Shown: in pieces, positions 39,662 to 51,297 of the stretch
Layout of the letters: each line of letters starts with the position of its first letter
How positions within the stretch are numbered: the stretch's first letter is position 1
Assembly: GCA_963699705.1 (NCBI GenBank)
Contig: CAVOUW010000001.1
Location: 33,929 to 97,928 of the forward strand
Length of the DNA stretch: 64,000 nucleotides
Direction: 5' to 3'
Source of the DNA: an uncultured delta proteobacterium
Lineage (GTDB): Bacteria > Desulfobacterota > Binatia > Binatales > Binataceae
Notes under the pieces: generated by a model
The model's database searches: none
What the model saw: the letters and a program-made list of their open reading frames with translations, nothing else
What the model was told of the DNA's origin: nothing
Position numbers and translations under genes: made by a program

Positions 39662-40461
39662 AAGCGCGCAAATCGGATCCTGCGTCGACTCCACCGCCGA
39701 CCAATCCACCGCTCGCCTACAAGGACGAAAAATTTCTCGACAGCGAAGAAGCCCGGCCAATCCGGATTCTTGCCGAATATCTCGATCCGCTCCGGATGTT
39801 CTGCCGGATGCAGATACACGAGACGATCGTGTTCTTCGGATCAGCGCGGATTACCCCGGACGGCCCGCTCGGACGCTACTACCAGGATGCGCGCGAGCTC
39901 GCGCGACTGATCACGATCTGGTCGAAGGGTCTTCGTTCGAATGCCCACCGTTACGTCGTATGCTCGGGCGGCGGCCCCGGTATCATGGAGGCGGCAAATC
40001 GCGGCGCGTCCGAGGCGGGCGGCAGGACGGTAGGGCTGAACATCGGCTTGCCGCACGAGCAACGGCCCAATCCGTACATCACGCGCGGGCTATCGTTTCA
40101 GTTCCACTATTTTTTCATGCGCAAGTTGTGGTTCGCGCATCTGGCGCGCGCCCTGGTGGTATTTCCCGGAGGCTTCGGCACGCTCGACGAGATGATGGAA
40201 ATTCTGACGCTGCAACAAACGCAAAAGCTCGATCGACCGATCACGGTGCTGCTCTACGGATCGCAATACTGGAAAGAGATCGTCAACTTCGACGCGCTGG
40301 TTCGTCACGGCACCATCAGTCCAGAAGATCTCAAGCTGTTCAGCTTCGTTGACGATCCAGCCGCAGCGCTGCGCACGCTGCAAAAGGGCCTCCGCGCGCA
40401 CCCTGAAGAGGAGCCGCCGGCATTCGCACATTCATGCACGCCTCAACGCCCGAACGGCTGA
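39658..40461 (+). CDS. LOG-family nucleotide phosphoribohydrolase
   Basis: FFGSAR, GGGPGIMEAANRGA, YFFMRK, PGGFGTLDE. Confidence 0.92.
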   Translation: MKARKSDPASTPPPTNPPLAYKDEKFLDSEEARPIRILAEYLDPLRMFCRMQIHETIVFFGSARITPDGPLGRYYQDARELARLITIWSKGLRSNAHRYVVCSGGGPGIMEAANRGASEAGGRTVGLNIGLPHEQRPNPYITRGLSFQFHYFFMRKLWFAHLARALVVFPGGFGTLDEMMEILTLQQTQKLDRPITVLLYGSQYWKEIVNFDALVRHGTISPEDLKLFSFVDDPAAALRTLQKGLRAHPEEEPPAFAHSCTPQRPNG

Positions 40462-40511
40462 GCGCGCGAGAATCGCAGACGTCAGGGCAGGGCGCCGACT
40501 CGGGCTAGCGG

Positions 40512-41444
40512 TTATTCATTAGTCGCCGAGGCCGACGGCGATTTCCCGGCCAGCTCCGAGTCGATCACAAAGTTCAGAACCTTGCCCTCGGGCAATCCCA
40601 CCACCGGGATTCCATTGACGAAGAAGGTCGGCGTCGACGAAACGTGAATCGAGTTGCCGTCGGTTTGATCCTGCTTGATGCGCGCCGCAGTCTGGCTGCT
40701 GTCCATGCACGCCTTGAGCGAGGCTTGGTCAAGCTTCTGCGCTTTCGCGAGTTTGTCGACGTGGTCCTGAACATTTTTGACGTCGATCGATCCCTGGTTG
40801 GTGTAGAAGTAGCGCGCGAAATCCCAGAACGCCGCGGGGTTCTGCAAGCGCGCACATTCGGCGGCCTCCGCGGCTTTGATCGCCCACGGATGCACGTTCA
40901 GCGGGTAGGCTTTGAAAATCACCTTCACCTTGCCCTTGTAGGTCGTGTTCACCAGCGTCTCGAGCGTGCTGAACGCATGCGCGCAGAAGGGGCATTCGAA
41001 GTCGGCGAACTCGACAATCGTAACCGGCGCGTTTGCAGGCCCCTGCGTCGGATGATCGTCGAGGTTCACGCCGCTCATATTGACCCGTCCCCACGGCTCG
41101 GCGCCGGCGTCAATATACTGTCCGATGATCGCCTTGGTCTCGCTCTGGTCGAAGAACAGCGTCGCCGTGACATTCTGTCCCTGTTCGTTGCCGACGATTA
41201 GCTGCCGGGCGAGCAGCCCCTCGATAGGCGACTTGAACGCGGGTCCGAGCTTGATCAGCTCGACGCTCGGAATCTTAAAGTGTTTCTGCAAGTAGGTCTT
41301 CAACGCCGCATCCTTGGCCGGATCTGTAGTGACCGGCGCAGCCGCAAGAGGGGAGAGCCCCGGCGCATTCTGCGCGATAGCAACGCCGCGAGACGCCAGC
41401 AAAATCATCGCTCCGAGCACCAGAAATGTGCCGATACGTTTCAT
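40512..41444 (-). CDS. DsbA/DsbG-like thioredoxin-fold protein
   Basis: Signal peptide, EFADFECPFC, STPTFFVNG. Confidence 0.9.
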   Translation of the reverse strand: MKRIGTFLVLGAMILLASRGVAIAQNAPGLSPLAAAPVTTDPAKDAALKTYLQKHFKIPSVELIKLGPAFKSPIEGLLARQLIVGNEQGQNVTATLFFDQSETKAIIGQYIDAGAEPWGRVNMSGVNLDDHPTQGPANAPVTIVEFADFECPFCAHAFSTLETLVNTTYKGKVKVIFKAYPLNVHPWAIKAAEAAECARLQNPAAFWDFARYFYTNQGSIDVKNVQDHVDKLAKAQKLDQASLKACMDSSQTAARIKQDQTDGNSIHVSSTPTFFVNGIPVVGLPEGKVLNFVIDSELAGKSPSASATNE

Positions 41445-41461
41445 GTTCCCGCCACTATGTA

Positions 41462-41489
41462 ACTTCGCATAAGAAGTATTATGTAAACT
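41462..41489 (+). other. dif site (XerC/XerD dimer resolution)
   Basis: ACTTCGCATAA-GAAGTA-TTATGTAAACT; 11-6-11 layout; intergenic and AT-rich. Confidence 0.85.
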
Positions 41490-41616
41490 AGAAAGTAGGG
41501 TCAAAAATCCAAAAAGGCCTGAAATCATTGCGGGCTTTTACGCTCCTGGTTTCAAAAGTGGTTGTGCCGGCGTGGTTCGGGGCACCTGCCCACGAACGAA
41601 TTCCGCACAGTTCTAG

Positions 41617-42258
41617 CTAATCGCGGCGGCTCCGTACAGCGCCTGATTCCTTTACCTTGGTCGCCGGTTTACGGCCGAGCGCGCTCAACGCTCTGCGCGC
41701 CACGAAATTGCGCGGCTCCAATTTCAACGCTTCCTCGTAGTATGCGATCGCGCTCTGGTTTCGTTCCAACCCTGCCGCGCATTGACCCATCGCGACCAAC
41801 ATCTCAGCGCCGCTGGCGCCAAATTCCCTGGCATGCTTGAGCGCGACCAGCGCTTCCGCGAATTTTTCCTGCTGTGCAAAAACAAGGCCGAGCCTCAACA
41901 TTGCCTCTGCGTTCAGCGGATCGAGGTCGAGCGCGTCGCGATACATCGAGATCGCTGATCGCTTGGCACCCTTCGCATATAAGTCGCGCGCCGCCGCGGC
42001 CATCCGCGTGCCCTCCTCGGACCATCCGCGCGATTCGACTTCCACCGTAATCTCATCGCGCGAAACCTCCGCCTTGACCAGTTTCACTTTGTCGCCCAGG
42101 TATTCGCGAAGTCGCGCGAGCACTGCGTCGCCGTCGGTCTCCGGCGACTCGAGGAATGCGACTCCCACCGGATCGCCAATGTGATCGATTCGCCGGATTA
42201 CGATCGAGCGCCGGCCGCGCGCCCGTCGCGATGTCACCTGCTTGTCAGACCCGCTCAT
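41617..42258 (-). CDS. TPR protein
   Basis: ALDLDPLNAEA and YEEALKLEPRN TPR motifs. Confidence 0.8.
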   Translation of the reverse strand: MSGSDKQVTSRRARGRRSIVIRRIDHIGDPVGVAFLESPETDGDAVLARLREYLGDKVKLVKAEVSRDEITVEVESRGWSEEGTRMAAAARDLYAKGAKRSAISMYRDALDLDPLNAEAMLRLGLVFAQQEKFAEALVALKHAREFGASGAEMLVAMGQCAAGLERNQSAIAYYEEALKLEPRNFVARRALSALGRKPATKVKESGAVRSRRD

Positions 42259-43405
42259 TTGGATCGAACAGTTTGCGATACTCGTCGAGTGCGAAGCGGT
42301 CGGTCATCCCCGCGATATAATCCGCCACTGCCCGCGAGATCGGCTCGCCGTATTTTTCCGCGCGCGCGACCACATGCTCGGGCATCTGGCGCGGCTCGGT
42401 CATGTAAGTTTCGAACAGCGCCGCCAGCACCCTGCCCGCCTTCTCGGTCATCCGGCTTACGCGATAGTGCCGATACAATCGGTCGCGCATCACCTGCTTG
42501 ATCTCATCGACTTTCGGTCCTACTGCAGAGCCGAAGCGCGCCAGCACCCTGCCCGCCTTGCGCACGTCATCGACACTTCGAATTTTGTTGTTCTCCAGTT
42601 CGCCGGCAAGATTGGTCATCAGGTCGGTGGACATCGCGTCGATCATCCTTATGACGGTCTGGTAACGAATCACGCGCATCTCGGCCGACGGATACGCATC
42701 GCGCGCTGCCGCCGCGGACTCGCGGAACAGCGCCGACGTATTGAGTTCCTCGACCGTCAGCATCTGCGCCTTGAGGCCGTCGTCAACGTCGTGCGCCAGG
42801 TACGCGATCTCGTCCGCCAGATCGACGATTTGCGCTTCCAGGCATGGATACGTGCTCACGTCGAACTCCTGCGCCGCCGGACGATCCTGGAAATGCGAAT
42901 GCTTGACGATTCCCTCGCGCACTTCGAAGCTCAGGTTGAGCCCGCGAAAATTCGGGTAGCGAATCTCGATCCAATCGACGGTGCGCAAACTCTGCGCGTT
43001 GTGATCGAAGCCGCCGTACGGAGCCATCAGCTCGTTGAGAATTTTCTCGCCCGCGTGACCGAACGGCGTATGCCCCAGGTCGTGCGCGAGCGCGACCGCC
43101 TCGGCAAGTTCCTCGTTAAGCCCGAGCGCCCGCGCCACCGTGCGCGCGATCTGCGCGGCTTCGAGCGTATGCGTCAGGCGAGTGCGGTAGTAGTCGCCCT
43201 CATGATTCACAAAAACCTGGGTTTTGTATTCGAGCCGTCGAAACGCCGCCGAATGAATCACGCGATCGCGATCGCGCGCAAACACCGTGCGAATCCGATG
43301 CTCAGGTTCGGGAAAACGCCGCCCGCGACTGGCTCGCGACGCCATCGCATACGGCGCCAGTGTGCGCGCCTCTATCTCCTCCAGCTCCTGCCTCGTCCGC
43401 AGCAT
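42245..43405 (-). CDS. dgt: Deoxyguanosinetriphosphate triphosphohydrolase
   Basis: RDRDRVIHS.AFRRL.YKTQVF, RTRLTHTLE, HDLGH, DYIAGMTD. Confidence 0.94.
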   Translation of the reverse strand: MLRTRQELEEIEARTLAPYAMASRASRGRRFPEPEHRIRTVFARDRDRVIHSAAFRRLEYKTQVFVNHEGDYYRTRLTHTLEAAQIARTVARALGLNEELAEAVALAHDLGHTPFGHAGEKILNELMAPYGGFDHNAQSLRTVDWIEIRYPNFRGLNLSFEVREGIVKHSHFQDRPAAQEFDVSTYPCLEAQIVDLADEIAYLAHDVDDGLKAQMLTVEELNTSALFRESAAAARDAYPSAEMRVIRYQTVIRMIDAMSTDLMTNLAGELENNKIRSVDDVRKAGRVLARFGSAVGPKVDEIKQVMRDRLYRHYRVSRMTEKAGRVLAALFETYMTEPRQMPEHVVARAEKYGEPISRAVADYIAGMTDRFALDEYRKLFDPNERV

Positions 43406-43550
43406 CGCAGCCCTATTCGGCGGTTCCGTTCAACACCCGAAATGCTACCACGGCGCCGAGGGCTCTCGAAGCAGTCCACTCGACATCGGTCAACACACAG
43501 ATCATGCCGCGACGGACGCGTTCCTGTACTTTGTGTTCGAGTTAGTCGAC

Positions 43551-44243
43551 GTGGCCCGTATTCGAATAGACCGAGTTGTACTACAAATCGCACTGGCCCT
43601 GGCCCTGTGCGCGATGTTCGCCGCATGCGGGACGTCCCGACCAACGCAGATCTCTCCTCCCAATCTTGCGATGGCTCAGCCAACGCCGACTCCGCAGGTT
43701 GTCGGCATCGCATCCTGGTATGGCCCTGGCTTCCACGGCCGCAAAGGCGCGGCCGGCGGCGTTTACGATCAGGAGGATCTCACCGCCGCCTCGATTGCGT
43801 TTCCCTTGGGCAGCCGCGTGATGGTCACGAATCTCGACAACGGCCGTTCCGTCGAAGTGATGATCACCGACCGTGGCCCGTTTCTAAAGGACCGCAAGAT
43901 CGATCTCTCCCACAAAGCCGCGCGCATGATCGGGATGCTAGACAAAGGCACCGCGCACGTTCGCATCACGCTCATCAGCAAGCCAGCGGGCACTCGCGAC
44001 GTCGGTGCGCCGCTGCGCTACTGGGTCCAGGTAGGTTCATTTTCAAATCAACAGAACGCGGACCAGGTTCGCAACAAATTGATCGCATCCTACGCCGACG
44101 TCCGCGTCGTCGACGTCCTTGATGCTGAGCATCGCCGCTATTACCGTGTACGTATGGGCGCGTTTGCGACTCGATCGGCAGCCGAGGCGCGCGCATCCGA
44201 TTCCGCCCGATTTGGATTTCCAGTCGTAATCATCACCGAATGA
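43551..44243 (+). CDS. rlpA: Septal lytic transglycosylase RlpA with SPOR domain
   Basis: Lipobox FAAC, GIASWYG, DRGPF, IDLS, VQVGSF SPOR; start uncertain. Confidence 0.88.
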   Translation: MARIRIDRVVLQIALALALCAMFAACGTSRPTQISPPNLAMAQPTPTPQVVGIASWYGPGFHGRKGAAGGVYDQEDLTAASIAFPLGSRVMVTNLDNGRSVEVMITDRGPFLKDRKIDLSHKAARMIGMLDKGTAHVRITLISKPAGTRDVGAPLRYWVQVGSFSNQQNADQVRNKLIASYADVRVVDVLDAEHRRYYRVRMGAFATRSAAEARASDSARFGFPVVIITE

Positions 44244-45580
44244 CGCATCGATCTACTTATTTCGCACGACGGCTCTGGTGGCCAATCTGCGCTGTCGCTG
44301 CGCTGATTTTTCTGCGCGGATGCGCCTACGCGCTGTTGAGCGGCGATACCGTCAATTCGCGCAGGGCCGCATCGATCGAGGCCGGCATCCAGGATCTTCG
44401 CCAGCTTCGATTCAAGCAGCCGGTGCCGCTCGTCGTCAAAACGCCCGACGAAGCGCAAGCGATGATGGAAGCCGACCTGATGCGCGACTACACCGACAAT
44501 CGGCTCGAGGCCGACGCGGTCGCCGGCGCGCTCACCGGTCTCTTTCCCGCGGGTCTCGATCTCAAGGCCGCGTCGCTCAAGCTGCTCAAGAGCCAGGTCG
44601 CGGGATTCTACGATCCGCACGGCAAAGAGATGGTGCTGGTGGAAGGCGGCGACGATCTTGGCATCTGGAACAGCGCCGCTCAGTTCATGATTCAGCGCGA
44701 CGTCGTCGGCGAGATGCTGCTCGCGCATGAACTGACGCATGCGTTACAGGATCAGAACTTCGATCTCGAATCGGGTCTCGACAAAGTAAAGGACGACGAC
44801 GATCGCACGCTCGCGCTCAAGTCGGTGGCCGAAGGGGACGCGACCATTTCCGGTTTTGCTTACGTCGTCGGTCGCATGGACGACAGCACCGCCGACGCGC
44901 TTGCGAATAATCTCAAACAGCTCCCGCAGGCTCTGGCAGCCCAGGCGCCCAACACTCCCGAAGGACTCAGCGTTCCTCTTCTCTTCCAATATTCCGATGG
45001 CGTGCGCTTTGTCGCCGAGGCTTATCGGCGCGGTGGATGGCCCGCGGTGGACGCGCTCTATCGCAAGCCTCCGGAGTCCAGTCACCAGATTCTGCATCCC
45101 GCGCTTTATTTCGACAGCAACGCTCCGACCCCGCGCATCCAGCTCGCGGGCTACGACCAGATCATGAGCGGATGGAAAAAAATCGACGACGACACTTACG
45201 GCGAGCTGCTCCTGCGCGTAATCCTCGAGCGCAATCTTGGCAAGCAGTCCAACGAGCTCGGACTCGCCGCGCGATGGACCGCCGACCGCATGATCATCCT
45301 GCAACAGAGCCGCGGCGTGAACGTGATCTGGATGCTCGCATTCGAGGACGCGCAGACCGCCAGCCACTTCGCTGTCGTCTACGAGACTTTGCTCGATCGC
45401 CTGCTCGGCGATTCGACCCCGCATCGCATCGACGCGCGATCGAATGCGGTGCTGGTTGTGATTGGCCAGGGCGCGGATTATTTCGATACGCTCGCGCCGT
45501 CGATTTGGAACGCCAGCGCCATCGAAACCGGCGGCGTAACCGCGCGCATCCAACCGTCGGGCGACTCACTAATCCAATAG
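44240..45580 (+). CDS. Exported zincin-like hypothetical protein
   Basis: N-terminal hydrophobic segment, AGFYDP, AHELTHALQDQ, EGDA. Confidence 0.7.
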   Translation: MTHRSTYFARRLWWPICAVAALIFLRGCAYALLSGDTVNSRRAASIEAGIQDLRQLRFKQPVPLVVKTPDEAQAMMEADLMRDYTDNRLEADAVAGALTGLFPAGLDLKAASLKLLKSQVAGFYDPHGKEMVLVEGGDDLGIWNSAAQFMIQRDVVGEMLLAHELTHALQDQNFDLESGLDKVKDDDDRTLALKSVAEGDATISGFAYVVGRMDDSTADALANNLKQLPQALAAQAPNTPEGLSVPLLFQYSDGVRFVAEAYRRGGWPAVDALYRKPPESSHQILHPALYFDSNAPTPRIQLAGYDQIMSGWKKIDDDTYGELLLRVILERNLGKQSNELGLAARWTADRMIILQQSRGVNVIWMLAFEDAQTASHFAVVYETLLDRLLGDSTPHRIDARSNAVLVVIGQGADYFDTLAPSIWNASAIETGGVTARIQPSGDSLIQ

Positions 45581-45589
45581 CCGCGCACG

Positions 45590-47734
45590 CTACCCCACGT
45601 CGCCCAGGCTGAAACCGAGCGCGAGCATTTGTTTTACCGCCGCGCGCGCGCCGTCGGACTCGCGGCTCGCCAACGACGGGTCGCGCTCGATCCACTCGTC
45701 AGCCAGCTTGCGCGCACGTTCGATCGTGCGATGGTCTCGAACGAGATGCACGAACTTCAGCGGCAGCGCTCCCGTCTGTCGCGCACCGAGCAAATCGCCG
45801 GGACCGCGCTGCGCCAGGTCTGCCTCCGCGACCGCCGCGCCGGTCGTGCACTCCCGCATTGTCGCGAGACGCTCGAGCGCCACTTCGTCCGCATCGCTCG
45901 ACGCCACGATGCAACATCGCGACGCCCTCTCGCCACGCCCCACTCTGCCGCGCAGCTGATGCAACTGCGCCAAGCCGTAGCGCTCGGCCGCGACGATCAC
46001 GATAATCGTCGCCTCCGGCACGTCGATTCCAACTTCCACCACAGTCGTGCACACCAGCACGTCGATCTCGCCGTCACGAAATTCACGCATCACCCGATCT
46101 TTTCCGCCGCAGCCATCCTGCCATGCATCGTGCCGATTCTCGCGCCGCGCAACGCCCCCTTCTTCAACCGCGCCGCCGTCGCCGACACCGACTTGGCCTC
46201 ATCGTCATCGCCTTCGATAAACGGCACGACGTAGTACGCGCGCCCGCCGCCGTCGATCTCGGCGCGCAAACTGTCATGCACTCGAGCGAGATCATCTTCC
46301 GTGTAAATCTCGGTCGCGATCGGCGTCCGCCCCGCTGGCAGCTCGTCGAGAAACGACACGTCGAGATTCGCGAACAGGCTCATCGCGAGGCTTCGCGGAA
46401 TCGGCGTCGCCGTCATCATCAGCAGATTCGCCTTCGGCCCCAATGCTTTCAGCTTCGCTCGATCGAAAACACCGAATCGATGCTGCTCGTCGATCACGCC
46501 AAGCGCGAGTCCCTTCATCCGCACCCGCTCCTGAATCAGCGCATGCGTTCCGAACACTGCACCGATTTCTCCACTCGCGAGGCCGCGTAAAATCTGGACA
46601 CGCGTCGCACCCGTCACGCTCCCCGTCAGCAGCGCATGCCTGATACCCAAGCCGCCCGCACATGCGCGCGAATCCGCGCCAATGCTGCTCGGCGAGCAAT
46701 TCGGTCGGCGCCATCATCGCCGCCTGATGCCCACATTCGATCGCACGAAGCATCGCCCAGAACGCAACGATCGTCTTGCCGCTGCCGACGTCGCCCATGA
46801 GCATCCGGTTCATCTGATTCGGCCGCGCAAGGTCGGCGCCGATTTCATCGATCGCGCGCGACTGCGATCCGGTGAACGCAAACGGCAGCTCATCTATCAT
46901 CTTCGCGCTAAGGCTCTGCGAGCGGTCGAGCGCGATTCCCACCCGGCGCGCGCCCCGCAGGCGCTCAATCGAAAGTGCAAGCTCGAACGCAAACAATTCA
47001 TCGAACGCGAGCGCCAGATGCCCGCGCGACTCGCCCTTTGCCAACGCATTGAAGTCGGCATCATCCGGTGGATCGTGAAGATAGCTAAGCGCTCCACGGA
47101 CCGTCGTCACTTCGCCGCGTACTTCATCGGGGATTGCGCCTCGGATCGAATCGCGCAACTCAACGACGGCGCGTGATACCAAATTTGCGAAGAGCCGCTG
47201 CCCGACAATCGACGGCAAGCGATACACCGGCCGAATTGCTTTCGGTTCGCCATCCGACAAGCGATGAACCTCGGGCTGCACGATCTCGATCCCGCCATCA
47301 GCGTCCGTCGCGACCCGTCCGCGTACGAGCACCCGTTCGCCGCCCGGGAGATATCCGCGCATGTAAGCAGGCAAGTTGAACCACACGACCCGAATCTGAC
47401 GACCGTCAAAGTTGAGCCAACCCGAAGCAAGCCGCCGCCATCGCGACCCGCGCATCGGCCGCTCGGAAATCTTCCCGAGGTCGCCTTCGACAACGACGAC
47501 ATTCCCAGCGCGCAGATCTTTCGCAGTCGAGCGCCCGCGCCAATCCTGGTAACGCACCGGCAAATGAAAAATAAGATCGCCGGCAGTAACGATCCCGCGC
47601 GCTTCCAGAGCCATCGCGCGCTTCGGCCCGATCCCGGGCATCGAGGCCACCGGACTATCAATCCGAAGACCGCTTCCTGCTGATCCCTCGCCCGTTATTT
47701 TACGGGAGAGGTTAGGTGAGGGTTCTGGGCTCAT
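45590..47734 (-). CDS. recG: ATP-dependent DNA helicase RecG (apparent indels near 46645 and 46095)
   Basis: GDVGSGKT, MAPTELLAEQH, DEQHRFG, MTATPIPR, QLRGRVGR. Confidence 0.93.
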
Positions 47735-48063
47735 CGCGGGTTGGTTGATGTACTTGCGAGAAAAACGCAGCGTCCTGCACGACTCAGGGTTCCTTCCCTT
47801 CGCTCAGGATGACACAAAAAAAGGAAGACACAAAAAAGTGGGCAGGCAGAACTTTTGTGGCGCGTCCGCAGAACCCTCACCTACCGGCCGCGATGCGGCC
47901 GGCCGCCTCTCCCGTAAAATAACGGCCGAGGTAAGAATCGGACGCCTCCGCCCAACCCTTCTAACAGGGACGAAGTCCCGCATCTTTTTTCTATCACTGG
48001 GTGCAGGGGTCACCCCTGCCGAAGGAAGCGTGAAACCCACCGCGGGTTTCACGTCAATTAAAT
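47685..48063. repeat. Repeat mosaic: C (47685-47727, 47867-47946) and B (47961-48063)
   Basis: Matches to copies at 11421, 16022, 29932, 4239 and 31572. Confidence 0.85.
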
Positions 48064-48075
48064 GAATGGTTCCCC

Positions 48076-51000
48076 CTATTCCCTGTGATAGTCCTGCAGC
48101 GCGCGCACTTCGAACTTCTCATGCTTCAGCGCGTGGATTCCCTCGACCGCGGCCTTCGCTCCCGCCATCGTGGTGAAATATGGCAGCCGAAGTTCCAGCG
48201 CCGTGCGCCGAATCGAGAACGAGTCCTTGGTACCACTGGCATCCGGCGTGTTGATAACCATCGCGACGCGCCCAGCCTTCATCGCATCCACGATATGTGG
48301 GCTACCCTCGAGCACCTTGCTGACGCTTTCGCACTGGAGCCCGAGGCTTCGAATGTGATTCGCAGTCCCTTGGGTCGCGATCAGATCGAATCCCATCGTA
48401 ACCAGGCCGCGGGCGATGGGCTCGAGATGTTTTTTGTCATCGTCGCGGACGCTGACAAACACCAGTCCCGCATCCGGCAGATTCGACGACGCCGCCAGCG
48501 ACGCCTTCGCAAACGCCATCGCGAAGGTCGTGTCGATTCCCATCACTTCGCCAGTCGATTTCATCTCCGGCCCGAGGATCGTATCGACGCCCGGGAATCG
48601 CCCGAACGGAAACACCGACTCCTTGACCGCGACATGCGCCGGCACGCGTTCCGTGGTAAAACCGATCTCGCTGAGTTTCTTCCCCGACATCACCAGCGCC
48701 GCGTATTTCGCCAGGGGCACGCCGATCGCCTTGCTCACAAATGGAATCGTGCGCGACGCGCGCGGATTGACCTCGAGGATGTAAACGTCGCCGGCATAAA
48801 TCGCGAATTGAATATTTATCAGCCCGATCACGCCGAGTTCGCGCGCCAGCATCCTGGTTTGCGCGCTCAACTCTTTTTGTAGCGCGGCGCTCAACGTCGT
48901 GGGCGGCAACGCGCACGCGCTATCCCCCGAATGTATCCCCGCATGCTCGACGTGCTCCATGATTCCGCCGACCACCACCGTCTCGCCGTCGGAAATAGCA
49001 TCGACGTCAACTTCGATAGCGCCTTGCAGGTAGCGATCGATCAACAGTGGATGCCGCTCGGAGGCTTGCAGAGCCTGCGTCACGTATCTGCGCAATTCCT
49101 CTTCGTTCGGAATCACTTCCATCGCGCGTCCGCCGAGCACATACGACGGCCGGATTAGAACCGGGTAGCCGACTTTCGTCGCGCCCGCGACCGCATCGTC
49201 GAGTCCGCGCGCCAGCACGCCTTCCGGCTGTCGCAGTCCGAGCTTCGTGACCATCGCGTTGAATCGCTCGCGATCCTCGGCGCGATCGATCGCATCAGGC
49301 GTCGTCCCGAGGATTGGCACACCCGCGCGCGCCAACGGCACCGCAAGCTTGAGCGGCGTCTGCCCGCCGAACTGTACGATTACGCCGACCGGACGCTCAC
49401 GCTCGGCAATCGCCATCACGTCCTCGAACGTCAGCGGCTCGAAGTACAGCCGATCCGAAATGTCATAGTCGGTCGAAACCGTCTCAGGATTGCAGTTCAC
49501 CATGATGGTTTCGAAGCCGGCGTCCTTGAGCGCCATGCTCGCGTGCACGCAGCAGTAGTCGAACTCGATCCCCTGCCCTATCCGATTCGGACCGCCGCCC
49601 AGGATGATAACTTTTTTGCGCGCGGTCGGCGGCGCTTCGTCTTCGCCCTCATAAGTTGAGTAGAGATACGGCGTGAAGGCTTCGAACTCGGCGCCGCAAG
49701 TGTCCACCGATTTGAAGACCGGCGCGACCCCTGCGTCACGTCGCGCGGACGCCACCTCCGCCTCACTGACGCTACGGAGATCAGCGATTCGCCGATCGGA
49801 AAATCCCATCGGCTTGAATTCCCGGAAGTACGCCGTACCGAAGGGCTCGCGCGCGACGCGCTTTTCCTCCGCGACCAGGTCCGCGACTGCATCGATAAAC
49901 CACGGATCGATTTTACTGAGTTCGTAAACTTCCGCGCGGGTGACGCCGAGCCGCAGCGCATCCGCCAGATGGTACAAACGATGACTGCTCGCCATCGCCG
50001 TTTGAGCTTTAATCTGGGCCAGCGCCTGAGCGCTCGATGGCTCTGAAAGCCCACTCTCGAGCCCATGCGATCCTATCTCGAGCGAACGCAGCGCTTTTTG
50101 CAGCGACTCCTTGAAGGTCCGCCCAATCGCCATCGCCTCGCCGACCGACTTCATTTGCGGCCCCAGCTCATCGACTGCGCCGCGAAACTTCTCGAACGTG
50201 AAGCGTGGAATCTTGGTCACGACATAGTCGATGGTCGGCTCGAAGCACGACGGCGTCATGCGCGTGATGTCGTTGGGAATTTCATCGAGCCGGTAGCCGA
50301 CCGCGAGTCGCGCCGCGATCTTTGCGATCGGAAATCCAGTCGCCTTAGACGCCAGCGCCGAGCTCCGCGACACGCGCGGGTTCATCTCGATCACGACCAT
50401 CCGTCCGGTCGCCGGATCGATCGCAAACTGGATGTTCGATCCGCCGGTATCGACCCCGATTTCGCGGATGATTCGAATCGCGGCGTCGCGCATCAGCTGG
50501 TATTCCTTGTCGGTCAGCGTCTGCGCGGGCGCGACCGTGATCGAATCGCCCGTGTGGACGCCCATCGGATCCAGGTTCTCGATCGAGCAGATGATCACGA
50601 CATTGTCCGCCGTGTCGCGCATCACCTCGAGCTCGAATTCCTTCCAGCCCTCGACCGATTGCTCGATCAGCACCTCGTGGCTCGGCGATTGTTCGAGTCC
50701 GTACGCAACCTTCGCGCGATAGTCGTCGAGATGGCGCGCGATCGATCCGCCGGTCCCGCCAAGCGTTCGCGAAGGCCGAATTATCAGCGGGATACCCAGC
50801 TCGTCCACCACTCGCTCGGCGTCCGCCATCGAATGTGCGATCGCCGAACGCGGGACTTCGAGCCCAATCTTGAGCATCGCATTTTTGAACAGCTCGCGAT
50901 CCTCGGCCTTCTTGATCGCGTCGAGTTTCGCGCCGATCAACTCGCACTTGAATCGATCGAGGACGCCCGACTCGGCCAGCTCGATCGCGAGGTTGAGCGC

Positions 51001-51282
51001 GGTCTGTCCGCCAACCGTCGGCAGCAGCGCGTCCGGCCGTTCATGCTCGATAATCTTCGTGAGCACCGCCACCGTCATCGGCTCGATATATGTACGATCG
51101 GCCAGTTCAGGATCGGTCATTATCGTCGCCGGATTCGAATTGACGAGAATCAGCCGGAGCCCTTCCTCGCGCAGCGCCTTGACCGCCTGCGTGCCGGAAT
51201 AATCGAATTCGCACGCTTGCCCGATAACGATCGGCCCCGATCCAATCAACAAAACCGACTTAAGATCTTTACGAAGCGGCAA
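48076..51282 (-). CDS. carB: Carbamoyl-phosphate synthase large subunit
   Basis: [40 protein letters not shown]. Confidence 0.97.
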   Translation of the reverse strand: MPLRKDLKSVLLIGSGPIVIGQACEFDYSGTQAVKALREEGLRLILVNSNPATIMTDPELADRTYIEPMTVAVLTKIIEHERPDALLPTVGGQTALNLAIELAESGVLDRFKCELIGAKLDAIKKAEDRELFKNAMLKIGLEVPRSAIAHSMADAERVVDELGIPLIIRPSRTLGGTGGSIARHLDDYRAKVAYGLEQSPSHEVLIEQSVEGWKEFELEVMRDTADNVVIICSIENLDPMGVHTGDSITVAPAQTLTDKEYQLMRDAAIRIIREIGVDTGGSNIQFAIDPATGRMVVIEMNPRVSRSSALASKATGFPIAKIAARLAVGYRLDEIPNDITRMTPSCFEPTIDYVVTKIPRFTFEKFRGAVDELGPQMKSVGEAMAIGRTFKESLQKALRSLEIGSHGLESGLSEPSSAQALAQIKAQTAMASSHRLYHLADALRLGVTRAEVYELSKIDPWFIDAVADLVAEEKRVAREPFGTAYFREFKPMGFSDRRIADLRSVSEAEVASARRDAGVAPVFKSVDTCGAEFEAFTPYLYSTYEGEDEAPPTARKKVIILGGGPNRIGQGIEFDYCCVHASMALKDAGFETIMVNCNPETVSTDYDISDRLYFEPLTFEDVMAIAERERPVGVIVQFGGQTPLKLAVPLARAGVPILGTTPDAIDRAEDRERFNAMVTKLGLRQPEGVLARGLDDAVAGATKVGYPVLIRPSYVLGGRAMEVIPNEEELRRYVTQALQASERHPLLIDRYLQGAIEVDVDAISDGETVVVGGIMEHVEHAGIHSGDSACALPPTTLSAALQKELSAQTRMLARELGVIGLINIQFAIYAGDVYILEVNPRASRTIPFVSKAIGVPLAKYAALVMSGKKLSEIGFTTERVPAHVAVKESVFPFGRFPGVDTILGPEMKSTGEVMGIDTTFAMAFAKASLAASSNLPDAGLVFVSVRDDDKKHLEPIARGLVTMGFDLIATQGTANHIRSLGLQCESVSKVLEGSPHIVDAMKAGRVAMVINTPDASGTKDSFSIRRTALELRLPYFTTMAGAKAAVEGIHALKHEKFEVRALQDYHRE

Positions 51283-51297
51283 CTTGGTAATCCCAAC

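Noticed and set aside
38166-40352. 728-aa ORF looking like an RNase with a long C-terminal extension over the LOG gene
   Set aside because: The extension is out-of-frame LOG sequence. One missing base near 39625 restores a normal S1 tail ending in an ATGA overlap.
45590-47734. recG, aspS, ald and EF-G2 as pseudogenes or programmed frameshifts
   Set aside because: Motifs are intact on both sides of each break and the junction contexts are heterogeneous; sequencing error is the simpler explanation.
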